From assembly GCA_049890095.1 (NCBI GenBank), contig JBMHCD010000010.1, positions 48,881-112,880 of the forward strand: DNA of 64,000 bases, read 5' to 3'. The notes beneath the pieces were generated by a model. That model worked only from the letters and a program-made list of their open reading frames with translations, was not told where the DNA came from and did no database searches. Both the position numbers and the translations under genes were made by a program. Shown one piece after another: positions 48,684 through 59,245 of the stretch. How positions within the stretch are numbered: the first letter of the stretch is position 1; the number at the start of each line of letters is the position of its first letter. This DNA is from Flavobacteriales bacterium (GTDB taxonomy: Bacteria; Bacteroidota; Bacteroidia; Flavobacteriales; UBA7312).

Positions 48684-51116
48684 TTACATTCTAACATCAG
48701 CATTAGCTTTCGTTTTAAATGCTGAAATTAAATTATTAATAGCCTTTTCTATTTTATCGTCAGTTAAAGTTTTTTCGTTGTCTTCTAATATAAAACTTAG
48801 AGCATATGATTTTTTTCCTTTCTCTAATTTATCTCCTTTATAAACGTCAAAAAGTTGTACTTCTTTAAGTAGCTTTCTTTCTGTTTGTTTTGCTATTTCT
48901 TTTAGTGTCAAAAAGGATACAGATTCATCTATTTGTAAAGATAAATCTCTTCTAACAGAGGGAAATTTATTTATGGCCTTAAATTTAGTTTTATTATTTA
49001 TACAATTTGTTAAAATAATATCCCAATCAAATTCTGCATAAAAAACATCAGTTTTTATTGAGAAATGTTTTGAAATAGTTGGATTAATCATTCCTATTTG
49101 TGCTACAACATTTTTTCCTATCTCATAAGAATAACCATCAACTAAATAAGAAAGATTTGTTTTTTTAGCTTTAGAATGTTTGATATTTAGTCGATTCAAA
49201 ATGTTTTCCGTATGACTTTTTATCCAGAAAAAGTCTTTTTTGACTGATTTGTAATTCCAATTTTCAAATTTAGTATTACCACATCCAAAAAGACTTAATT
49301 TTCGATTTTCTTTAAATTTACTTCCTTCTATTTTTGAAAATATTTTTCCAAATTCATAAAGTTTTAAGTCGCTATTTTTACGGTTGATATTAAATTTAAT
49401 GTTTTCTAACCCACCAAATATCATACTCTGCCTCATAGCATTTAAATCTTGACTGAGAGGATTCAAAATAACGACTTGTTCTTTAGGATTAATTTCTTTA
49501 ATTAAATCAATATAAGATGACTTTGTAAGTGAGTTGTTCATTAATTCGTTAAACCCATTTGAGCTTAAAAAATCAGAAATAATATTTTGGATTTTTTCAG
49601 AGTCTGGCTTATCGATTGTGGATATTGATGATAAAATTTGTGAAGGAATTTGAATATTATTATAACCATAAATTCTTAATATTTCTTCTATTACATCTTC
49701 TTGCCTTGTAACATCTGTTCTGTATGTAGGAATTAATAAAGTTAATTGGTCTTCTTTATGACTTTTAATTTCAAAATCTAAATCATTAAGAATTTTACAA
49801 ATGATATCTAACTCTAGTTTTTGTCCAATTAGATTATTAACTTTTTCAATACTCAAAATAACTTCAACGGAATTGACTTTATTTGGATATAGGTCTAATA
49901 AGTCCGAACATATCTTTGCATTACATATTTGTTGCAATAAATTTACAGCTCTTTTAAGTGGGTATATAATATTGTTTGGGTCGACTCCTCTTTCAAATCT
50001 AAAGGATGCATCTGTGTTTAGATTATGTCTTTTTGAAGTTTTTCTCACAGAAATTGGATTAAAATAGGCACTTTCAAGAAAAATAGAGCTAGTTTTTTCA
50101 CTTACTCCAGATTCTAATCCGCCAAAAACACCAGCTAAACACATAGGTTTTGAATCTCCATCACAAATCATAATGTCTTCTTGAGAAAGCGATCGTTCTA
50201 TCTCGTCTAAAGTTGTAAAGCTTGTTATGTTTTTTAATTTTTTGACAATTATTTTATTAGATTTTATTTTACCTAAGTCGAATGCGTGAAGGGGGTGTCC
50301 GGTTTCGTGTAAAACAAAATTGGTTATATCGACCACATTATTTATAGGACTTAAGCCAATAGATTCCAGTTTTGTTTTTAACCACTTTGGAGATTCTTCA
50401 ATTGTTATATTCTCTAGACAAATTCCTGCATATCTTGGGCATTCTTCAAAATCATCAACTTGAATGTCAAACTTTTTTAAATTTTTTGGATAGATTAAAG
50501 ATTCGATTTTTGGAATATCTATGTCAATATTTTCACCAAATCTATTTAATGCTGCTTTTAAATCCCTAGCAACGCCAATATGAGACATAGCGTCTGATCT
50601 ATTTGGTGTTAAGCCTATTTCATAGATATAATCGCTTTCTACATTAAAGTAATGGCTCGCTTTCTGTCCAACTTTTGCATCTTGATTGAGCACCATTATG
50701 CCTTCATGATTGGTTCCGAGTCCAATTTCGTCTTCTGCACAAATCATTCCTTCAGACACTTCTCCTCTAATTTTTCCTTTTTTAATTTTAAAAGATTCAT
50801 TACCTGAATAAAGCGTTGAACCTATAGTTGCAACAGGTACTTTTTGACCGATTTCAACATTTGGTGCTCCACATACAATTTGTAGTAATTTTTCTTCACC
50901 AATATTAACTTTTGTAATACTTAGTCTATCCGCATTAGGGTGACTATATTTTTCTACTACTTCACCAATTATAATTCCTTTTAATCCGCCTTTAATATTT
51001 TCAAAATGTCTAATGCCTTCGACTTCAAGACCAGTATCTGTTAGTAATCTAGCAATTTCTTCGGGATCAATATTTACTTTAATGTATTCTTTGAGCCAAT
51101 TGAATGATATTTTCAT
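48684..51116 (-). CDS. pheT: Phenylalanine-tRNA ligase beta subunit
   Basis: MKISFNWLKEY, IVCGAPNV, GLTPNRSD, RFERGVD, FPSVRRDL. Confidence 0.98.
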   Translation of the reverse strand: MKISFNWLKEYIKVNIDPEEIARLLTDTGLEVEGIRHFENIKGGLKGIIIGEVVEKYSHPNADRLSITKVNIGEEKLLQIVCGAPNVEIGQKVPVATIGSTLYSGNESFKIKKGKIRGEVSEGMICAEDEIGLGTNHEGIMVLNQDAKVGQKASHYFNVESDYIYEIGLTPNRSDAMSHIGVARDLKAALNRFGENIDIDIPKIESLIYPKNLKKFDIQVDDFEECPRYAGICLENITIEESPKWLKTKLESIGLSPINNVVDITNFVLHETGHPLHAFDLGKIKSNKIIVKKLKNITSFTTLDEIERSLSQEDIMICDGDSKPMCLAGVFGGLESGVSEKTSSIFLESAYFNPISVRKTSKRHNLNTDASFRFERGVDPNNIIYPLKRAVNLLQQICNAKICSDLLDLYPNKVNSVEVILSIEKVNNLIGQKLELDIICKILNDLDFEIKSHKEDQLTLLIPTYRTDVTRQEDVIEEILRIYGYNNIQIPSQILSSISTIDKPDSEKIQNIISDFLSSNGFNELMNNSLTKSSYIDLIKEINPKEQVVILNPLSQDLNAMRQSMIFGGLENIKFNINRKNSDLKLYEFGKIFSKIEGSKFKENRKLSLFGCGNTKFENWNYKSVKKDFFWIKSHTENILNRLNIKHSKAKKTNLSYLVDGYSYEIGKNVVAQIGMINPTISKHFSIKTDVFYAEFDWDIILTNCINNKTKFKAINKFPSVRRDLSLQIDESVSFLTLKEIAKQTERKLLKEVQLFDVYKGDKLEKGKKSYALSFILEDNEKTLTDDKIEKAINNLISAFKTKANADVRM

Positions 51117-51137
51117 ATTTTGATTTAACTATTGTCG

Positions 51138-51145
51138 CAAAAATA
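51138..51145 (-). promoter_or_regulatory. SigmaA -7 element (TATTTTTG) of pheT
   Basis: CAAAAATA on + strand, 22 nt upstream of the pheT ATG. Confidence 0.55.
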
Positions 51146-51176
51146 ATAAAAAGAATGGCTTTGCAGTATGATCAAT

Positions 51177-53270
51177 CTAGGAGATTCTACTCCACTCCAT
51201 TTGTTGATTACTCTTTCGTTTATATTCCTGAAGAATGGATCTATTTTTACTTTGTTCAAGATTAGGGTCTTCATTTAAAACTTCTATAGCTAGTTTTCTA
51301 GCGTATTGTAGAATTGAATTATCTTTTATAATGTCAGCAATCTTTAAATCAATTACACCACTTTGTTGTGTGCCCATCATATCTCCAGGACCTCTAAGGT
51401 TTAGATCTACTTCTGCAATTTCAAATCCATCATTAGTACGAACCATTGTTTTAAGCCTTTGTTGACCTTCTTTACTTATTTTTTCTCCACTCATTAAAAT
51501 ACAGAATGATTGTTCAGCTCCTCTTCCAACTCTGCCTCTTAGCTGATGAAGTTGTGATAAACCAAACCTTTCCGCACTTTCAATAATCATTATTGAAGCA
51601 TTAGGAACATTAACGCCAACTTCAATTACAGTAGTGGCTACCATAATTTGCGTTTGTTTTTTGAGAAATCTTTGCATTTCTAAATCCTTATCCTCAGACT
51701 TCATTTTACCATGTACAATACTTATTTGATATTCTGGAAATGAATTACAAATATTTTCATATCCCTCCATTAAATTTCGATAATCAAGTTTTTCACTTTC
51801 ATTAATCAAAGGATAGACAATATAAACTTGTCTACCTTTTTTAATTTCTTTTTTAATAAATCCATTTGTAGCTAATCTTCCACTTTCAGCTTTCCAAATA
51901 GTTTTTATTGGTTTTCTTCCTGGTGGTAGTTCATCAATAATGGAGATGTCCAAATCACCATATAAAGTCATTGCTAATGTTCTAGGAATAGGAGTTGCAG
52001 TCATTACTAAAATATGTGGAGGTTTCACATTTTTTTTCCACATTTTTGCTCTTTGTGCAACACCAAATCGATGTTGTTCGTCAATTACAACAAATCCTAA
52101 GTTTTTATATTGTACTTTATCTTCAATAAGTGCGTGGGTACCAATTAAAATATTGATAGTTCCATTCTCTAGTTTTTCGTGAATATTTTTTCTGTCTTTT
52201 GCTTTTACTGAACCTGTAAGAATTTCAATATTGATTTCCATGTCTTTTAACATTTCTTTAATTGTTTCGAAATGTTGATTAGCAAGTATTTCTGTAGGTG
52301 CCATAAGGCAAGTTTGAAATCCATTATCGATAGCAATTAACATACTCATGAGTGCAACAAGAGTTTTACCACTTCCAACATCACCTTGTAAAAGTCGATT
52401 CATTTGATGGCTTGCTCCACAGTCCTTACGAATTTCTTTAAGGACTCTTTTTTGTGCATTCGTTAACTCGAAAGGTAGATGTTTTTTATAAAAAGTATTG
52501 AATACAGAATCAATTTTAGTTAGTTCAAACCCTTTAAGTTTTCTTTTTCGAACTAATTTTAACTTTAATAATTGAATTTGAATAAAAAATAACTCTTCAA
52601 ATTTTAATCGATATTGAGCTCGATTTAATAATTGACTATTTAAAGGGAAGTGAATATTTTTAAGTGCTTCTTTTTTAGAAATAAGATTTAATTTATCAAT
52701 AAGGTAGTTGGGTAAATTTTCTTCTATTTCATTAATTACCTTTGGTAAAAGTTCTTGAGTAAGTTTTATAAAAGATTTATTGTTTAGGCCATTATTATTT
52801 AGTTTTTCTGAAGAATGATAGTAGGGTTGAAGTCGTTTTATTAAATCTTTATTGAAAGTTTTTGTTTGTTCAATATCTGGATGAACGATATTTATTTTAC
52901 CATTAAAAAGATTAGGTTTTCCAAAGATTATATATTCTGTATCCAAATGAATATTTTGTTTGATCCATTTTGCTCCTTTAAACCAAACTAGTTCTATGAT
53001 ACCAGTATTATCTCTAAATTTGGCTACCAATCTTTTAGAGTGTTTGGCACCAATTTCTTCTAAGCTAGTAAAATGTCCAACTATTTGTATGTATGGCAGG
53101 TCGCTTGAAATTTCAGAAACGGAATAAAATTTCGACCGATCGATATATCTGTAAGGGTAAAAGTAAAGTAAATCCTGAAAATTAAAAATTTTAAGTTCTT
53201 TTTTTAAAACTTCAGATTTTTTTGGACCAACACCTTTTAAATATTCAATTGAGGTAGATAAAATATACAC
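51177..53270 (-). CDS. recG: ATP-dependent DNA helicase RecG
   Basis: QGDVGSGKT, DEQHRFG, TATPIPRT, QLRGRVGRG. Confidence 0.98.
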   Translation of the reverse strand: MYILSTSIEYLKGVGPKKSEVLKKELKIFNFQDLLYFYPYRYIDRSKFYSVSEISSDLPYIQIVGHFTSLEEIGAKHSKRLVAKFRDNTGIIELVWFKGAKWIKQNIHLDTEYIIFGKPNLFNGKINIVHPDIEQTKTFNKDLIKRLQPYYHSSEKLNNNGLNNKSFIKLTQELLPKVINEIEENLPNYLIDKLNLISKKEALKNIHFPLNSQLLNRAQYRLKFEELFFIQIQLLKLKLVRKRKLKGFELTKIDSVFNTFYKKHLPFELTNAQKRVLKEIRKDCGASHQMNRLLQGDVGSGKTLVALMSMLIAIDNGFQTCLMAPTEILANQHFETIKEMLKDMEINIEILTGSVKAKDRKNIHEKLENGTINILIGTHALIEDKVQYKNLGFVVIDEQHRFGVAQRAKMWKKNVKPPHILVMTATPIPRTLAMTLYGDLDISIIDELPPGRKPIKTIWKAESGRLATNGFIKKEIKKGRQVYIVYPLINESEKLDYRNLMEGYENICNSFPEYQISIVHGKMKSEDKDLEMQRFLKKQTQIMVATTVIEVGVNVPNASIMIIESAERFGLSQLHQLRGRVGRGAEQSFCILMSGEKISKEGQQRLKTMVRTNDGFEIAEVDLNLRGPGDMMGTQQSGVIDLKIADIIKDNSILQYARKLAIEVLNEDPNLEQSKNRSILQEYKRKSNQQMEWSRIS

Positions 53271-53283
53271 GCATTAAAAATAA

Positions 53284-53317
53284 AAAAAAAGCTACTTTAA
53301 AAGAAGTAGCTTTTTTT
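53284..53317 (-). terminator. Intrinsic terminator after pdhC
   Basis: A7-GCTACTT-taaaag-AAGTAGC-T7. Confidence 0.8.
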
Positions 53318-53339
53318 AAAAATTAAATATTTTATTTAT

Positions 53340-54608
53340 TTAAATATTATTTGCTCCCATAAACAAAATAGGGTTTTCCAAGTAATTTTTCAGAGTGCCT
53401 AAAAATTTAGATCCAACTACTCCATCAACTACTCTATGATCGCAAGAAAGTGTCAGTTTCATAGTATTGCCAACAACAATTTGACCATTTTTAACAACTG
53501 GCTTCTCAATAATGCCACCAACTGCTAATATACAGGCATCAGGAGGATTGATAATTGCGGTAAACTCTTCAATGTCAAACATTCCTAAATTAGAAATTGT
53601 GAAGGTATTTCCTTGCCAATCTTCAGGTTGAAGCTTCTTAGCTTTTGCTTTAGCTCCGAAGTCCTTAACTTCTGCAGAAATTTGAGATAGTCTTTTGTTG
53701 TCTGCAAATCTTACAACAGGAACTAGTAAACCATCTTCAACAGCCATTGCTACACCAATGTGTATATGCTCATTGAAACGAATACGATCACCTAACCAGC
53801 TAGAGTTTATTTGTGGATGTTCTCTCAAAGCTACAGAAACAGCTTTGACAATCAGATCATTGAATGATATTTTTACTGGAGATACTAAGTTAATAGATTT
53901 TCTACTTTCGATAATTTGATCCATAACTACTTCAGTAGTTAAATAGAAATGTGGAGCTGAAAATTTACTTTCCCCTAATCTTTGAGCAATAACTTTTCTC
54001 ATTTGAGAAACTTCAACTTCAGAAAATCGTTCTATCGATTGAACAGAGTTACCACCATTATAATTGTCAATATCTCTTTTAATAATTCTACCGTTTTCGC
54101 CTGTTCCTTTAATTAAAGAAAGATTGATATTTCTTTCTTGAGCTAGTTTTTTGGCAAGTGGAGATGCAGTAGCTTTACTTTCTGTATTAAAATTAGTTGT
54201 TTGATTAACTACTGTTGTTTGTATAATTGATGGCGAAGATGTAACCGTTGATTCTATTTTTGGATCTTTCTTTGGTTCTGTTTTGATTTCGGCTTTAGTT
54301 TGTACTTTTTCAACTTTTGGCTCTTCTTCGGTTTTAACGTCTTCCGCTAATAATGTAGAAATATCTTCACCCTTTTCGCCTAAAATTGCAAGTATACTAT
54401 CAACCGGAGCTTTTGCACCTTCTTGAACTCCAATGTGTAATAAAACACCTTCCTGAAAGCTTTCAAACTCCATTGTTGCTTTGTCTGTTTCAATTTCTGC
54501 TAATAAATCACCTTCAGAAATGGAATCACCTACATTTTTGTGCCATTTAGCGACAACACCTTCTGTCATGGTATCGCTCAGTCTTGGCATATTTACTATT
54601 TCAGCCAT
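53340..54608 (-). CDS. pdhC: Pyruvate dehydrogenase E2 dihydrolipoamide acetyltransferase (single lipoyl domain)
   Basis: EIETDKATME lipoyl Lys, ASPLAKKLA E3-binding motif, DHRVVDG. Confidence 0.96.
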   Translation of the reverse strand: MAEIVNMPRLSDTMTEGVVAKWHKNVGDSISEGDLLAEIETDKATMEFESFQEGVLLHIGVQEGAKAPVDSILAILGEKGEDISTLLAEDVKTEEEPKVEKVQTKAEIKTEPKKDPKIESTVTSSPSIIQTTVVNQTTNFNTESKATASPLAKKLAQERNINLSLIKGTGENGRIIKRDIDNYNGGNSVQSIERFSEVEVSQMRKVIAQRLGESKFSAPHFYLTTEVVMDQIIESRKSINLVSPVKISFNDLIVKAVSVALREHPQINSSWLGDRIRFNEHIHIGVAMAVEDGLLVPVVRFADNKRLSQISAEVKDFGAKAKAKKLQPEDWQGNTFTISNLGMFDIEEFTAIINPPDACILAVGGIIEKPVVKNGQIVVGNTMKLTLSCDHRVVDGVVGSKFLGTLKNYLENPILFMGANNI

Positions 54609-54614
54609 AATAAT

Positions 54615-55610
54615 TTAATCTTTTATGAATGGATAATCACTTTGTTCGTAAACACTTTCGTATAAATCTTCTTCAGTTGGAAATGGTGAGTTTTCGGCAA
54701 ATTCAACAGCTTCTGCAATGATATTTTTTACATCCTCCTGAATTTTTGAAATCTCCTTTTCTGTTGCAAAATTGTTTTTCATTATTACATCCAAAGTAGT
54801 ATTTATAGGATCGATTTTTTGATATTCCTTTACTTCATCTTTTGTTCTGTAATGTTGTGCATCAGACATAGAATGACCTTTGTATCTGTATGTTTTAGCT
54901 TCAATAAATGTTGGTCCATCTCCTTTTCTAGCTCTATCAACAGCTTTTTTTACTGCATCTCTCATGGCAAAAATGTCCATTCCGTCCGCTGGTCCACAAG
55001 GCATTTCATATCCTAATCCGAGTTTCCATATTTCAGAATGATTTGCAGTTCTTTCAACGGAAGTACCCATTGCATAGCCGTTATTTTCGACAATAAATAC
55101 AACTGGTAATTTCCATAACATCGCCAAGTTAAAGGTTTCGTGTAGTGAACCTTGACGAACAGCACCATCACCCATAAAACATAGTGTTACAGCGTCAGAT
55201 CCGTTATACTTATCAGCAAATGCTAAACCAGCCCCTAGGGGAATTTGTCCTCCAACAATACCATGACCTCCATAAAAATTATGTTCCTTACTAAACATAT
55301 GCATAGAGCCACCATTACCTTTAGAACATCCCGTTACTTTACCCATTAGTTCTGCCATTACATGTTTGGGTTCAACACCCATAGCAATTGGTTGAACGTG
55401 ATTTCGGTATGCAGTAATCATTTTGTCTTTACTAGGATCAATAGCTTCCATGCATCCCGCAAGAATAGCTTCTTGTCCGTTGTATAGATGAAGAAAACCT
55501 CTAATTTTTTGTTGAATATATAAAGCTGAAGCTTTATCTTCTAATTTTCTCCACAACAACATATCCTTATACCATTTAAGATATTTTTCTTTAGATTCTA
55601 ATTTAGCCAT
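54615..55610 (-). CDS. pdhA: Pyruvate dehydrogenase E1 alpha subunit
   Basis: GFLHLYNGQEA, GDGA...ENN TPP motif, YRYKGHSMSD. Confidence 0.98.
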   Translation of the reverse strand: MAKLESKEKYLKWYKDMLLWRKLEDKASALYIQQKIRGFLHLYNGQEAILAGCMEAIDPSKDKMITAYRNHVQPIAMGVEPKHVMAELMGKVTGCSKGNGGSMHMFSKEHNFYGGHGIVGGQIPLGAGLAFADKYNGSDAVTLCFMGDGAVRQGSLHETFNLAMLWKLPVVFIVENNGYAMGTSVERTANHSEIWKLGLGYEMPCGPADGMDIFAMRDAVKKAVDRARKGDGPTFIEAKTYRYKGHSMSDAQHYRTKDEVKEYQKIDPINTTLDVIMKNNFATEKEISKIQEDVKNIIAEAVEFAENSPFPTEEDLYESVYEQSDYPFIKD

Positions 55611-55641
55611 TTACGTATGTGTCAGTATTTTAAGGTTTTTG

Positions 55642-55649
55642 CAAATTTA
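55642..55649 (-). promoter_or_regulatory. SigmaA -7 element (TAAATTTG) of pdhA
   Basis: CAAATTTA on + strand, 32 nt upstream of the ATG. Confidence 0.6.
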
Positions 55650-55753
55650 TATAAAAAGACAAATATTAACTAATTAATTCTATTCTAAAAAAACGATAAT
55701 ATTTTGAAATAAATCAAAATAAGATAACAAGCATTTATTAGTATATTTACCCC

Positions 55754-56392
55754 ATGATTTATAGGTTAAATTTGTTGTTTGTACTCATGTTTTTAACTTT
55801 CATGAGTTATTCACAATCTTACAAGCAAAACAAAAATGTTATTTCAACTAATCTAATAAGTCCTTTTTTGTCTCCTTCTAGCTACAGCTTAGAGTATGAG
55901 AGAACTCTAGATAAAGGCTACAGTCCAAATGTTTCTCAGCTGAGTTATAAAATTGGAGGGTATTATATTTCTGATAAAGAAAAGCAAATTCTTGACGAAT
56001 TTTATGATCAGTTTATTTATGATAAAGAAGCTATTATTTTTTCTGGTTATTCAACAACAATAGAATTAAGATATTATTTTGAATGGGATGCTCCAAGTGG
56101 ATATTATTTTAGTCTTTTTGGAGCTTACGCAGGTTTTAATGAAAATTACACGGATAGAAAGCCTAATTCTTTTACTGGTTATGAAAAATCAATTACTAAA
56201 ATAGGTAGAGGTGTTGCTTTAGGCTTTAAATACAATCTTTCAAGTATTTTAATAGCCGACGCTCTTGTTGGTTATAAAGTAGAAAATGTTTCTGAAAACC
56301 AAGTTTATAAATTAGATAATCGAGAAATTGAAATCGAGCCATACAAAAAAGATGGATTGCGTTTCGAATTGAGTATAGGATTTCTTTTCTAA
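55754..56392 (+). CDS. Small outer-membrane beta-barrel protein (DUF3575-like)
   Basis: Signal peptide, NVISTN, SLEYER, ELRYYF, APSGYY, terminal SIGFLF. Confidence 0.7.
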   Translation: MIYRLNLLFVLMFLTFMSYSQSYKQNKNVISTNLISPFLSPSSYSLEYERTLDKGYSPNVSQLSYKIGGYYISDKEKQILDEFYDQFIYDKEAIIFSGYSTTIELRYYFEWDAPSGYYFSLFGAYAGFNENYTDRKPNSFTGYEKSITKIGRGVALGFKYNLSSILIADALVGYKVENVSENQVYKLDNREIEIEPYKKDGLRFELSIGFLF

Positions 56393-56967
56393 ATAGTAAA
56401 ACCAAAAGAAAGTTTAAAATAAAGTATTTCTAGCAATTTATTATTTTCAAATATTTCACCAATATAATTACTGTTAGTTTCAAGTACTTTAATTCTTGGC
56501 CCTACCTTTGCCTCAAATTTAAATCCATTTATCTCATGAAATCTGTAACCTATTGATGGAATTATATACATTAAGGTTGTGTTTTCTGTAAGCGTTAATA
56601 TTAAATCCTCTTTATCGTAATGTGTGTATCCTTTGCTAAATACAAATTGTGGCGTAACTGCCAAACCAACTTGTAAATAATTGAAATGTTTTTTTCTTAA
56701 GAAAAGAACCTCAACAGGTACTCCAATATTTGGTGGGACAATATAATTTGCTCTTTTATAAATTGTAGATAATCCTATAGAATAACTGATGCAATTGTTA
56801 TTTATATTGACATTAAGATTATCATACTTTATGCCCAAATGATAAGCAAGAAAATTAGATTCAAATGAGATAGTTTTGTAGTTAGTCTTTGGATTTTTTG
56901 GCAATTTAGCCAAAGCACAAGATAAAACCACAAAACACAGAAGTTTTGTGAGTATAAGTTTTTTCAA
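56389..56967 (-). CDS. Putative small outer-membrane beta-barrel protein
   Basis: Signal peptide, amphipathic strands, IGYRF, terminal LSFGFTI; TTG start. Confidence 0.6.
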   Translation of the reverse strand: MKKLILTKLLCFVVLSCALAKLPKNPKTNYKTISFESNFLAYHLGIKYDNLNVNINNNCISYSIGLSTIYKRANYIVPPNIGVPVEVLFLRKKHFNYLQVGLAVTPQFVFSKGYTHYDKEDLILTLTENTTLMYIIPSIGYRFHEINGFKFEAKVGPRIKVLETNSNYIGEIFENNKLLEILYFKLSFGFTI

Positions 56968-57013
56968 AAGGCTTAAATTTTAGATATTCAATATAAAGAT
57001 TTTTTTTTAAAAA

Positions 57014-59008
57014 TCATATTAAGTTATCTAAAATATTGTCGTTTACAAGATGGGGAAGTGTAACTTTTAGCTTTGGAGTACGTTCCATTTCTTTTTTAAT
57101 TGCAAAAATAGCTTCTTTATTTCTTGCCCAACTTCTTCTTGCTATTCCATTATTTACATCCCAATGAAGCATCATTTTTAACTTATCTTCACTTTCTTTA
57201 GATCCATCTATTAACATTCCGAAACCGCCATTAATAACCTCGCCCCATCCTACACCACCACCATTGTGTATTGAAATCCAAGTTGCACCTCTAAAACCAT
57301 CTCCAATTACGTTTTGTATAGCCATATCTGCAGTAAATCTTGAGCCATCGTATATATTGGAAGTTTCACGATAAGGAGAATCCGTTCCTGAAACATCATG
57401 ATGATCTCTCCCTAATATAATAGGTCCTATTTCACCTTTTTTAATGGCATCATTAAAAGCTTTAGCTATTTTGATTCTTCCCTCTGAATCTGCGTATAAA
57501 ATTCTTGCTTTAGAGCCAACAACTAATTTATTTTTACCTGCCTCTGATATCCATTTTATATTGTCAGCCATTTGCTGTTGGATTTCTTCAGGAGCATCTT
57601 TCATTAATTCGGTCAATACTTTTAAAGCAATATGATCGGTTTTTTCCAAATCTTTTTCTAAACCACTTGCACAAACCCATCTGAAAGGTCCAAATCCATA
57701 ATCAAAGCACATAGGTCCCATAATATCTTGAACATAAGATGGATATTTAAAATTAATACCATCTTCTGCCATAACATCAGCATCTGCTCTAGAAGCTTCT
57801 AATAAAAAGGCATTTCCGTAATCGAAAAAATAAGTCCCTTTAGCACAATGGTTGTTTACAGAACTTGCATGCCTTTTTAGCGTTTTTTTAATTTCAGATT
57901 TAAACTTTTTAGGATCTTCGGACATTAGCTGATTAGCCTCTTCAAGAGTGTATCCGATTGGGTAATAACCACCAGCCCAAGGGTTATGCAAAGAAGTTTG
58001 GTCAGATCCAAGTTCAACAAAAATATTTTCTTTTTCGAACTTTTCCCAAACGTCTACAACATTTCCAATATAAGCTATAGAAACGACTTCTTTAGACTTT
58101 TTTGCTTTTTGAACACGTTGGCAGAGTAAGTCCAAGTCATCAATTAATTCATCCACCCAGCCTTGTATATAACGTTGCTTTGCAGCTTTAATATTGATTT
58201 CAGCAACAACGGTAATACATCCAGCAATATTGCCGGCTTTCGGTTGAGCTCCACTCATACCACCTAAGCCAGCAGTTAAAAATAATTTTCCAGCAAGACC
58301 TTCATTGCTAATTTTTCTTCCAGCATTTAGAATTGTTATTGTTGTACCATGAACAATTCCTTGAGGTCCAATATACATATAGGACCCTGCAGTCATCTGA
58401 CCATATTGGCTTACCCCTAAAGCATTAAATTTTTCCCAGTCATCTGCCTTAGAGTAGTTTGGTATTACCATTCCGTTACTCACAACCACTCTAGGTGCAC
58501 CTTTATGAGAAGGAAAGAGTCCAAGTGGATGACCAGAGTTCATGATTAAAGTTTGCTCATCAGTCATATTTGATAAATATTGCATACATAACAGATATTG
58601 AGCCCAATTTTGAAATACCGCACCGTTTCCTCCATAAGTAATAAGTTCGTGTGGATGTTGAGCAACTGTATAATCTAGATTATTTTGAATCATTAGCATA
58701 ATTGCTTTTGCTTGTACAGAATTTCCTGGATAATCTTCAATACTTCTTGCTTTCATTTCATAATCAGGTCTGTATCTGTACATGTAAATACGCCCATATT
58801 TTTTTAATTCTTCAGCAAACTCTATTGAAAGCTCAGCATGTAAATGAGGTGGAAAATATCTCAAAGCGTTTTTGAGTGCTAGTTTCTTTTCATCATTAGA
58901 CAAAATATCTTTTCTTTTTGGAGCATGATTGATAGATGCATCAAATTTTTTTACTGCTGGAATTTCATTAGGAATTCCATTGATAATAGCTTGTTGAAAT
59001 GAATTCAT
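57014..59008 (-). CDS. hutU: Urocanate hydratase, long (Bacteroidota/eukaryote-like) form
   Basis: YGQMTAGS, IGPQGIVHGT, GLGGMSGAQP, SDQTSLHN, GRDHHD, HNGGGVGWG. Confidence 0.97.
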   Translation of the reverse strand: MNSFQQAIINGIPNEIPAVKKFDASINHAPKRKDILSNDEKKLALKNALRYFPPHLHAELSIEFAEELKKYGRIYMYRYRPDYEMKARSIEDYPGNSVQAKAIMLMIQNNLDYTVAQHPHELITYGGNGAVFQNWAQYLLCMQYLSNMTDEQTLIMNSGHPLGLFPSHKGAPRVVVSNGMVIPNYSKADDWEKFNALGVSQYGQMTAGSYMYIGPQGIVHGTTITILNAGRKISNEGLAGKLFLTAGLGGMSGAQPKAGNIAGCITVVAEINIKAAKQRYIQGWVDELIDDLDLLCQRVQKAKKSKEVVSIAYIGNVVDVWEKFEKENIFVELGSDQTSLHNPWAGGYYPIGYTLEEANQLMSEDPKKFKSEIKKTLKRHASSVNNHCAKGTYFFDYGNAFLLEASRADADVMAEDGINFKYPSYVQDIMGPMCFDYGFGPFRWVCASGLEKDLEKTDHIALKVLTELMKDAPEEIQQQMADNIKWISEAGKNKLVVGSKARILYADSEGRIKIAKAFNDAIKKGEIGPIILGRDHHDVSGTDSPYRETSNIYDGSRFTADMAIQNVIGDGFRGATWISIHNGGGVGWGEVINGGFGMLIDGSKESEDKLKMMLHWDVNNGIARRSWARNKEAIFAIKKEMERTPKLKVTLPHLVNDNILDNLI

Positions 59009-59185
59009 TTATTTTTTATTTGTTTTAAAAGAGTCTGTTTTTTTATTGTAACCAAATGGACAGTGTTTGCAACCACTTTTACAGCAATATCCTCTTTTAA
59101 GATGATACTTTTCTGTAAAAATGATATAGCCTTCATCACTGGTGTAAAAGTCTTCTTTTTTTAGTTTTGTCTTTTTTTCAAACAC
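59009..59185 (-). CDS. Small Cys-rich DUF5522-like protein (58 aa), absent from the ORF track
   Basis: GTG start; translates as MFEKKTKLKKEDFYTSDEGYIIFTEKYHLKRGYCCKSGCKHCPFGYNKKTDSFKTNKK; its TAA abuts the hutU ATG. Confidence 0.85.
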   Translation of the reverse strand: MFEKKTKLKKEDFYTSDEGYIIFTEKYHLKRGYCCKSGCKHCPFGYNKKTDSFKTNKK

Positions 59186-59213
59186 ACTAAATAATATAAA
59201 TTACTTACAGGTA

Positions 59214-59242
59214 CAAATTTACAACAATCATTTCTATATTTG
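59214..59242. promoter_or_regulatory. Back-to-back divergent -7 elements
   Basis: TAAATTTG on - strand (59214-59221) and TATATTTG on + strand (59235-59242). Confidence 0.55.
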
Positions 59243-59245
59243 AGG

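Noticed and set aside
53340-55610. pdhB missing from the pdhA-pdhC pair; single lipoyl domain in PdhC
   Set aside because: A separately located pdhB is usual in Flavobacteriales, and lipoyl domain number varies commonly
55611-55625. TGTCAG in the pdhA leader as another bEBP site
   Set aside because: Only a half-site with no matching left arm, and no -24/-12 promoter nearby
57014-59008. Eukaryote-like long urocanase as evidence of horizontal transfer
   Set aside because: The long form is the normal Bacteroidota type
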